Source: Utricularia gibba (lineage: Eukaryota > Plantae > Magnoliophyta). Taken from it: DNA of 64,000 nucleotides. This document shows positions 55,564 to 64,000 of this stretch, piece by piece. A program made the translations under genes and the position numbers. How positions within the stretch are numbered: the stretch's first letter is position 1; each line of letters opens with the position of its first letter. Location: the NCBI GenBank assembly GCA_002189035.1, contig NEEC01000008.1:2232001-2296000 (forward strand). Reading direction: 5' to 3'. The notes under the pieces were generated by a model, which saw nothing but the letters and a program-made list of their open reading frames with translations, searched no databases and was not told the origin of the DNA.

Positions 55564-56549
55564 TTCTCGATACACAAATCAGAGAACCAGAACGCAGTTC
55601 CTCCACTCCAATCTGAAACCAAAACTAGTTCCCTCCTCTTACCAGCACGCCACTGATTTTGGCACCGGAATGAGAAAAAGATCAACCAACTTGGGGGCAC
55701 GACAACAGGTTTTCTTCACATCATTTTTTCACCGGTACCCCTCTTTCTTCGTTTTCCCCTTTTCCTCTCCTAGTAATGTAATTTGTGGGATATTATAGTC
55801 ATTTTTCAGTTTAAATCGGCTATTTTAATTAAACTCTCTAGTACGGAACTAAGTCATCAATTCTTGGGTTGACACCTTGTACAAGTTGGTTAATTGGTAA
55901 TTTATTGTGCATTCATATTATCGATTTTGTACATGTGATTATCATAATTTTACACCTTTTTTTTTCTTTGACTCATTTACCTTACCAAAATATCATTCAT
56001 CTTCAAATTTTTGGGTTGTCAAATACAATTTTTTGTCATGCTTACAAAAATGTTTTATGTAAAATTTACATGATCATACTACTTAGTTTGATAGTTTGTT
56101 GGGCTTCAGAGTCTAATATGCTTTAATTCAATTATAAAACTATAATTTTACATTTTTTAATTAAAATTTAAAATTTAAGAAAAATTAAATATGTCAACGA
56201 CCCAAAACACCACCTACACGTAGTTGACTGACCATCGTGGTACGGACATTGTCTGGTTGAACAATGCACAATGAATAATATATTATTGTTTTAAATTATC
56301 AACATAACCGTGAGTCTTTTGTCTCAATAATTCAAGATTCAAAACGATTCAATCACGGTTCTATATTAAGTTAAATAATACTTGAGATGTGGTTATTTAA
56401 ACAGTGTATATAATATGTATGCTTCACCAGCCACACGCAGAATACAAAAGTGAAGAATCAAATTAAAACATTGAAAAAATGACGGCAAATACACAATAAA
56501 CGAATTGACTCCAAACCCAATGTTTCTTCTATGAGTAGCACCATGGCCA

Positions 56550-57180
56550 TCAGATGCCGCGGGGCAACAAGACGACGACGTCGAACTGATTGACGGTGTA
56601 GTTTGGATTGTGAACAGTGTGCGTCCTGGTAAGGGCATAGCCTCGAGCGAATCTGAAGGCCCCCGTTCCGGCGACGACGGACACCTCCCTCACCTCGGCG
56701 TTCAAGGCATTCCTCCCCAGAATCGTCAGCGTGCTGCCGTTGTACTCGCCGTTGGTGAACACTACGTTCACAAGCACCGTGATGGCTGTTTGGTTCATGT
56801 CCGTGAAAGCGACGACGCCCTGAATCCGGCCAACCACCTGTCGGATGCCGCAGTGAGGAGATGTGGTATATACAGATGATTCTAACAGTACGAGAGCTGA
56901 GTTAGAGTTCAGGGGAGTACCTCGGAGTCGATTTCAGGGGCCGCCGTGAGCAGAGTGTCGGTAACACTGATCGCCCCGAAGCTGGAGGGAAGGTGTCGGT
57001 GAGGTTGTTCTGCGCCACCCTCCACACGGTGGCGTTGCTCCCGCCGGAGATATCCTGGACGTAGAAACGAATCCGTCTCACTCTTTCCGACGACCACGAT
57101 GCTGCACCTTCCGCGGAGGCGGCGATAGTGAGAATAGCAAGAAACACACAAACAAGAGTTGCACCGGCCATCTTCGCCAT
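56550..57180 (-). CDS. DIR: Dirigent-like protein, copy 1 (2 exons, 83-nt intron; 1-nt frameshift as assembled)
   Basis: Signal peptide, IRFYVQD, FG.ISVTD.LLT, VGRIQG, FTNGEYNGSTL..LGRN, REVSVVAGTGAFRFARGYA; intron 56920-56838; GGG at 56987-56989 where copy 2 has GGGG. Confidence 0.85.
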
Positions 57181-58302
57181 GTTTCTTTTTTCCTCGGTAG
57201 CTAGTTTACTGCTATCGTATAATGGAATGATATGTGCATGTCATCTGGCAAATATATAGGCAGAAGAGAAGGAGATAACCAGAAGAGAAAAGAGAGAAGA
57301 CGAATATATCCTCGGACCCTTCTTCATTCGCGATCACACGTGAAGACCAGAACGGTACACACGCTGAGATTATTTTCCTATTATTCTTAATTACAAATAT
57401 GCATATATCCAAAGGAAGGTCAAGACATGTGACAAAATGCTTGAGGGCCCCACTACACTGCGTTTTTGTTCGACTGAGAAAAGTCGCACGCCTTCTTCAT
57501 CGTCTTGTACCCAGCATGGAATTGTAACATAATTCCAAATACTTATGTTTTCTTAAAATTTAATATTTTTAAACCAATTTCATTTGTATAAAAATAAAAA
57601 AGAATACAGTCATGACAATTATATTGTAAGCGTATTAATCTCATTTTTTTATATATTTAATGTATAGAAATCAAATTTTTAATAGAAACAGACAGAGAGA
57701 CTAGCTTTCACAAAATTCAAATGCCAAATAAGACAATATTTTGACAAAAATCGATCTTTATCCAGAAACTGTCTTTTTTTCAAATTTTCAAACAAAGAAT
57801 TATCACGGCACAATTTATTCTAACAGTTCAATGTGAAAATAGATGATTTCAAGAAACTAGAATTATAAATATTTTTAATTAATAATGTATTTGAATTATT
57901 TATGTTTTTATATATTTGAATTATGAATTTATAACAGAAATTATTACATATGTGAATTATGGTGTATTACAAAACTAGGATAAAAATTTTATAAATCATA
58001 CGTGTATTAATTAATATATTCATGAAATAAACATAATTTACAAATAATTGCTGGTGTGTTGCCCACTTGCGGATTGGGTATAGATGCCTTTTTTTTTTGT
58101 TAATCAATGTCACGTGTGTCATTAAATATTTATTTAATTTAAAATTTGAATGTGATTTTGTTCGTAAAAGGAGCGCACGACAATGTTGATTCCTAATAAT
58201 AGATTAATACAACTGGATATAAAAATAATAAAAATAAACAAAATATTTCAAATTTTAATGGGATGAAAATATATGAGGATATGCAGATCTGCATTTGCTG
58301 CT

Positions 58303-58851
58303 TCAGATGCCGCGGGGCACCAAAACGACGACGTCGAACTGATTGACGGTGTAGTTTTGATTGTGAACAGTATGCGTCCTGGTAAGGGCATATCCACGGG
58401 CCATTCTGAAGGCTCCCGTTCCGGCGACGACGGACACCTCTCTAACCTCTGCGTTCAAGGCATTCCTCCCCAGAATCGTCAGCGTGCTGCCGTTGTACTC
58501 GCCGTTGGTGAACACTACATTCACAAGCACCGTGATGGCCGTTTGGTTCATGTCCGTGAAAGCGACCACGCCCTGAATCCGGCCAACCACCTCGGAGTCG
58601 ATTTCAGGGGCGGCTGTGAGCAGAGTGTCGGTAACGCTGATCGTCCCGAAGCTGGAGGGGAAGGTGCTGGAGAGGTTGTGATTCGCCACCCTCCACACGG
58701 TGGCGTTGCTCCCGCCGGAGATATCCTGGACGTAGAAACGAATCCGTCTCCTTCTTTCTGATGGGAATGATGGTCCACCTTCCACGGAGGCGGCAATGGT
58801 GAAAATGGCAAGAAACACGCAAACAATAGTGGCGGAAGTCATCTTGGCCAT
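58303..58851 (-). CDS. DIR: Dirigent-like protein, copy 2 (intact, intronless, 182 aa)
   Basis: Complete ORF with signal peptide, dirigent motifs and five N-glycosylation sequons (NAT, NLS, NQT, NGS, NYT). Confidence 0.93.
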   Translation of the reverse strand: MAKMTSATIVCVFLAIFTIAASVEGGPSFPSERRRRIRFYVQDISGGSNATVWRVANHNLSSTFPSSFGTISVTDTLLTAAPEIDSEVVGRIQGVVAFTDMNQTAITVLVNVVFTNGEYNGSTLTILGRNALNAEVREVSVVAGTGAFRMARGYALTRTHTVHNQNYTVNQFDVVVLVPRGI

Positions 58852-59546
58852 GTTGCTTCACAGCTCTTCTTGTTGGTAGCTACCAGAGTGGAATAAGTGA
58901 TAAGTGAATATGTTTCTGGGGACAACAAGAAGCGCATCTATATATAATAAGCAGAAGAAGAAGATTCAGAAGTGCGACCATTCTGATATGGCGATCGCGC
59001 TCCAAAGACCATGGGGTCCGCAGAGAGACTCGCCGCTGTGGTTCCTTCCCCTTGGACACGTGGTCGGAATGAGAACGAGAAAAGTCGTCCCACTCTTCCA
59101 CTCTTTCATCCTCTGCATTCAAGCATTTGTAGGACTGAAAGAATTCACGAACCTTCCTTCTAGAAGCCCTAATTTGACCACCTCAAGAAGATTCAAAGGA
59201 TTTCATGGTAATTGCCAAAACTCTAATGTTAGAATATTAATCCAATCAGAGTTGCTTTTTCCATATATAAAATAAATGAATAACACTCTATTTTTAAAAA
59301 TAATAATTATTTCTGACCTAAAATTATTTTTAGAGCGTTTTTTTAAACAAAACATATCATAAGGTTTTTAATTTTTATGGCTGTGTATAGTAGTGGATGA
59401 TATTTTTTATTTAGTAGATTTTATTTACTAAAATACACCAACATAAAAAGAAAAAGGAGCTCATCATGACATTAAGAAGCGTTACAGCGTTTATTCTAAC
59501 AGAGGCTCGGGGCGGTAACGCGACGGCAGAGGTTGGGTTCCGTCAT

Positions 59547-59767
59547 TCACAGTTCATCGGCTTGTAGAGCGATTTTCGGCAGCAGAAGCGTGGCGTCGTA
59601 CTGATAAACAGCCTCATTCCCATCAGCGCTGACAGCGTGAGTCCTCATGATGACATGCCCGCGCGCGTACCGGAAGGCACCAGTGCCGGCGACGACAGAC
59701 ACTTCTCGAACCGCTTCAGGTATGGCGTTCCTGTTGAAGATACACAAGAAGACTTCTGCCGACTGAT
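59547..59767 (-). pseudogene. DIR: 3' remnant of a third dirigent-like gene, cut by the copia insertion
   Basis: RNAIPEAVREVSVVAGTGAFRYARGH... to a stop; the frame runs into the LTR boundary at 59768. Confidence 0.8.
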
Positions 59768-59990
59768 TGTTGGAAGTTAGTATGGTTATAGAATAATAGG
59801 TTGTTGTAACTGCTTGTAGCAGTTTTATGTTTTAGATAAGGATGATGAATTACTATTTAATGTAGACAACTCTAAGGTGGTTCAATAGAAAATACATTTT
59901 TCTGGAGCAAGTGTTGTTTTCGTTGCTCTTACTCTGGTTTTGAAGTATCTTGTTGTGTTCTTCTCTTCTGTTTTTACTCCTCATCCAACA
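59768..59990 (+). repeat. 5' LTR, 223 bp, with 7-bp terminal inverted repeats TGTTGGA...TCCAACA
   Basis: TG...CA ends with a perfect 7-bp inverted repeat, followed 3 nt later by the PBS; TATA-like CTATTTAAT near 59853; the second LTR lies outside the window, so the 5' boundary is inferred. Confidence 0.8.
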
Positions 59991-59993
59991 TAT

Positions 59994-60006
59994 TGGTATC
60001 AGAGCC
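59994..60006 (+). other. Primer binding site complementary to the tRNA-iMet 3' end
   Basis: TGGTATCAGAGCC directly after the LTR. Confidence 0.92.
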
Positions 60007-60009
60007 AAC

Positions 60010-63000
60010 ATGTCAAACAATGGTAGCTTTCCCGTTCCTTTGTTAACCAAGGAGAACTTTGATAATTGGAAAATTCGAATGCAAGCGCTTTTTGGAGCAT
60101 ATGAAGTCTTAGATGTAATCCAAACAGCCGTTCCGGTGACCTCTGATGCAGCAACGGTTAAGAGAGACAAGAAGGCCTTGTCTTTGATCTACCAAGCCTT
60201 GGATGAACGCTATTTTGAGAAGGTAGCAGGTGCAACAAGTGCAAAGGGGGCATGGGATGCCTTATCAGCCTCTTTTCAGGGGGTTGATAAAGTCAAAAAG
60301 GTTCGACTACAGACTCTGCGTGGTGAATTTGAAGCTCTTCGTCAAAATGCTGGTGAGAGCGTTGGAGACTATGTGATTCGTGTTCAAGGCATTGCCAACG
60401 TTTTGGAGAAGAACTAACTGATGTTAGATTAGTTGAAAAAGTTTTACGCTCCTTGGACCGCAAATATACCTTTGTGGCCGTAGCCATAGAGGAAGCCAAT
60501 GATCTGGATGAGTTGTCATTAGATGAATTAACTGGATCTCTTCAAGCATATGAGGCACGGTTGAAGAACGAGGATGATTCTGCATCTTCATCAAAGTTGT
60601 TGCAAGTGAAGGGGACTGAAGGTTCCAAAGGCGGTAAGAACAATTGGGATAACCGTGGTCGTGGTAGGGGACGTTGGTCCTATCGAGGGAGAGGTTCAGG
60701 GCGTTGGAATTCATCTAATGACGTGAAGGAGAATGCCTCCTTTCATCAGAACAGAGGACGTGGGAATTGGCGCGGAAGAGGTGGTCATGGCAAGCAAAAT
60801 GGGGGCATTGATTCTAAGAAAAATAAGGCTAATGTAGAATGTTATACATGTCATAAGAAGGGCCATTACTCTTGGGAGTGTCATAATGCGGAAGAGCAGA
60901 ATAATTTGCTTGTCGAACATACAGAGGAGACTACTGAATCACCTATTTTATTGATGGCTAAAAACGTGTCCAACGATGATATTGCAAGTTGGTACCTAGA
61001 TTCTGGAGCCAGTAATCATATGACTGGGCACAAGAGTTTGTTTTATACCCTTGAAGAAACGTATCGTGGCCTAGTTCATCTTGGAGATTCTACAAAGATC
61101 ACTGTGAAGGGAAAAGGCGATGTTCTTTTTTCTCTAACGGATGGCAGTCATAAATTAATTTCAGATGTTTGGTATGTTCCTGGTTTACGGTATAATATCT
61201 TGAGTCTTGGCCAGTTGTTGGAAAAAGGCTTTACAATGCTCTTAGAAAATCGACAGTTGCTGTTGATGGACATCAATAAGAAAGTCTTAGCATCCGTAAA
61301 GATGAAAGAAAACAGAATGTTTTCATTAGAGTGTAACTCTGTTTTCCCAACATGTCTGAAAATATGTTATAGGCAAGAAGCTTGGACATGGCACCTACGG
61401 TTTGGACATATTAATTTCCAAAATTTGAGGAAACTTGGAAGCAACAAGATGGTCAAAGGTTTGCCTGTGATTTCACATCCAAACCAGATATGTGAAGGGT
61501 GTGTTCTTGGCAAACAAACTCGGACTGAAATTCCAAAGGTGACATGGTCGCGTGCTACAAAACCTTTAGAGTTAATCCATGGAGACGTATGTGGACCGAT
61601 CAAACCTCCCACGATCGGTCACAACAATTATTTTCTCCTGTTTGTTGATGATTTCAGCAGGAAAATGTGGATTTATTTCATGAAGAATAAATCGGAAGTC
61701 TATGGACTCTTCAAGGAATTTTTGACGATGGTTGAAAAACAGAGCGGCTTATCAGTCAAGTGCTTAAGAACAGATCGAGGAGGTGAATTTACTCCTAACA
61801 GTTTCATTGATTTTTGCAAGTCACTTGGGATACACAAGTCTCTGACCGCAGCTAAGACACCACAACAAAACGGTGTTGTTGAGAGGAGGAATCGCGTCAT
61901 TCTTGATATGGTGAGATGCCTTCTGAAAACCAAACAGATGCCCAAGGAGTTTTGGGGTGATGCTGCTGCCACATCAGTTTATATTTTGAATCGAACCCCA
62001 TCCCGAAGTGTAGTGGGAATGACGCCGCAAGAAGCATGGAATGGAATTAAACCATCAGTTTCTCATATGAGAATTTTCGGATCCATTGCCTATGTACACC
62101 AACCGGATGATGAACGCACGAAACTGGACGACAAAGCTCAAAAAATGGTGTTTATTGGCTATGATCAGACCTCAAAGACTTATCGCTTATTTGATCCTAA
62201 ACTGAAAAAGGTTCGCTTGAGTAGGGATGTCACTTTTGATGAATCTTCAAGCTGGGACTGGAAGTCTCTTTCAGACAATGATCCTTCATATAAGTCTTTT
62301 GATTTTAATTGGGAAATAGAAGGACGAGAGCCATTGATGGATGATGCTGAAGCCATTAATCATCCTATCTCTCATGAAGAAGAAACAGAGTCTCCTGTGG
62401 ATACGAGAGTTGAAAATCCATCAGTGGTGAATAGAGGTCATAGATCAAGGAGACTTCCAAGCCGTTTTACTGATTTTGCCGTTGATCTACCGCCCTCGTT
62501 GTTACCCGAGACGAGCCATGATCTGTTACGTGAGGTTCAGAACTTTTCTCATTTCTGTCTTTTTGTTGAGACAGAGCCTCTGGACTTCTTTGAAGCTGAA
62601 AAATCCCCTGATTGGCGTACTGCAATGGATGAGGAAATCCATGCGATAGAGAAGAATCAAACTTGGAGTCTGGTGGAGAGGCCTTCTGATAAGACCGTCA
62701 TAGGTGTAAAATGGGTCTATAAAGTGAAGCGGAAGGCAGATGGAAGTGTGGATCGATTGAAAGCAAGGTTGGTTGCCAAAGGGTACAAACAGAAAGCTGG
62801 GATTGATTATGATCAAGTATTTGCTCCAGTGGTGAGGATGGAGACAGTGAGGATTCTTCTTGCATTAGCAGCTCAACTTAAATGGTTTATTTGGCAGTTG
62901 GATGTTAAATCGGCTTTCTTGAATGGGATATTGGATGAAGAAGTGTTTGTGGAACAACCATTAGGATATATCAAGAAGGGAAATGAAGACAAAGTTTTGA

Positions 63001-64000
63001 AGTTACACAAATCCCTCTACGGGTTGAAACAAGCACCACGTGCTTGGAATCAGCGCATTGATGCATATCTCAAAGGCATGGAATTTATTCAATGTCCACA
63101 TGAGCACTCCTTGTACATCCGACAGAAGAAGCTCACAGAAATGATGATCGTGTGTATCTATGTTGATGATTTATTAGTCACTGGAGGGAGTGAGTCTGAG
63201 ATTGCAAAATTCAAGAAGAATATGAATGAAGAATTCGAGATGACCGATGCTGGAAAAATGCATTTCTATTTGGGTATTGAAGTGAAGCAATCAGCCCAAG
63301 GAATTTTCATCACTCAAAAACGTATGGTGCAGAATTTGTTGGCAAAGTATCATATGGGTGACTGCAACTCGGTTGAGACCCCTTCAGAATTTAATCTGAA
63401 GTTGAGTTCCAATGATCCTTCGAAGGAAGTGGATGTTACAGCCTTCAAAAGTTTAGTCGGCTCCTTACGGTATATAACCAGCACAAGGCCAGATATTTTA
63501 TTTGCTGTAGGGTTAGTCTGCAGGTTTATGGAGAAACCCAGAGAGACCCATCTCAGAGCAGCCAAGCGGATCCTTCGATATCTGAAAGGAACATCAAATT
63601 TCGGGATATGGTATGGGGTTTCTGAACCTTTTGATCTTGTGGGTTTTAGTGACAGTGATTGGGCTGGAAATGTTGATGATTCCCGAAGTACAACTGGGTT
63701 TGCATTTTTTCTGGGTGAATCTGCAATTGTGTGGAATTCTAAGAAGCAACCCATCGTTACCTTGTCAACATGCGAGGCTGAGTACGTTGCTGCCAGTGCT
63801 TGTGTTTGTCACGCAATTTGGCTGAGGTATGTTCTTCAGAACCTCGGTTTGAAAGGTGAGAAGCCAACGGTGGTGCATATTGATAATAAATCCGCGATTG
63901 CTCTTGGTAAAAATCCTGTTTTCCATGCTCGTAGTAAGCATATTGGGACTCGGTTTCATTTCATTCGTGATTGTGTGAAAGATGGACAGATTGAATTGTG
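60010..64000 (+). CDS. Copia gag-pol polyprotein with one frameshift in gag near 60399; pol frame open to the window edge
   Basis: gag ATG 60010 ends at TAA 60415-60417; the shifted frame from about 60399 carries the rest of gag, protease (60990) and RNase H (63960) in the same frame; the ORF track lists no stop-terminated long + ORF there. Confidence 0.85.

Larger units (their letters stand above)
59768..64000 (+). mobile_element. Ty1/copia LTR retrotransposon (5' LTR, PBS, gag-pol; truncated by the window edge)
   Basis: Domain order gag, zinc knuckle CYTCHKKGHYSWEC, protease WYLDSGASNHMTG, integrase (WHLRFGH, CEGC, FVDDFSR, TDRGGEF, QQNGVVERRNR), RT (KARLVAKG, QLDVKSAFLNG, YVDD), RNase H (SDSDWAG, EAEY, DNKSAI); integrase before RT = copia. 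Confidence 0.97.

Noticed and set aside
58273-58761. 162-aa antisense ORF over dirigent copy 2, echoed at 56610-56879
   Set aside because: Expected from GC-rich codon usage; its similarity between copies simply reflects the paralogy of the sense genes.
59768-59990. Heat-shock elements in the LTR (ONSEN-like heat activation)
   Set aside because: No canonical array of three inverted nGAAn units found by eye; only isolated GAA/TTC.
59994-60006. tRNA-related sequence
   Set aside because: It is the retrotransposon primer binding site, not a tRNA gene. No tRNA, rRNA, snoRNA, known miRNA or CRISPR array was recognised anywhere in the window.
60391-60417. Programmed -1 ribosomal frameshift in copia gag
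   Set aside because: No X XXY YYZ slippery heptamer, the site is mid-gag, several residues also appear missing, and plant copia gag-pol is normally one frame; a deletion explains it better.

Overview
Eukaryotic (angiosperm, eudicot-like) nuclear DNA, very gene-dense: about 27 intron-containing or intronless loci in the first 59.8 kb (roughly one per 2.2 kb, many introns 60-90 nt), then the first 4.2 kb of a Ty1/copia LTR retrotransposon running off the right edge. Gene order: VPS22, GPT, ENODL, eIF1, hexa-ubiquitin, intron-rich PPR, bHLH IVc, H2A, LEA-like, ITPase, pectate lyase, SDR pseudogene, unknown ORF, CDPK, EXORDIUM-like, TANGO2, NAD-IDH, GPAT9, FAD monooxygenase, PI synthase, SKP1, PIP2, ROP, proteasome alpha (PAD) pseudogene, three dirigent-like copies, copia. 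The most interesting region is the dirigent array. Two roughly 90-95% identical paralogs differ by a precise 83-nt GT-AG intron at an AG|GT site. All three copies share a non-canonical VVAGTG motif. The third copy is cut by the copia element, whose pol frame is open but whose gag is frameshifted. Also notable are a PAD copy broken by a microhomology-type deletion and a duplication, a decayed skippable exon in the bHLH, and recurrent single-base losses in short homopolymer runs of otherwise intact genes (probably assembly error, so pseudogene calls need care). No rRNA, tRNA or CRISPR features were seen. All exon models and family calls were made by eye, without database searches.
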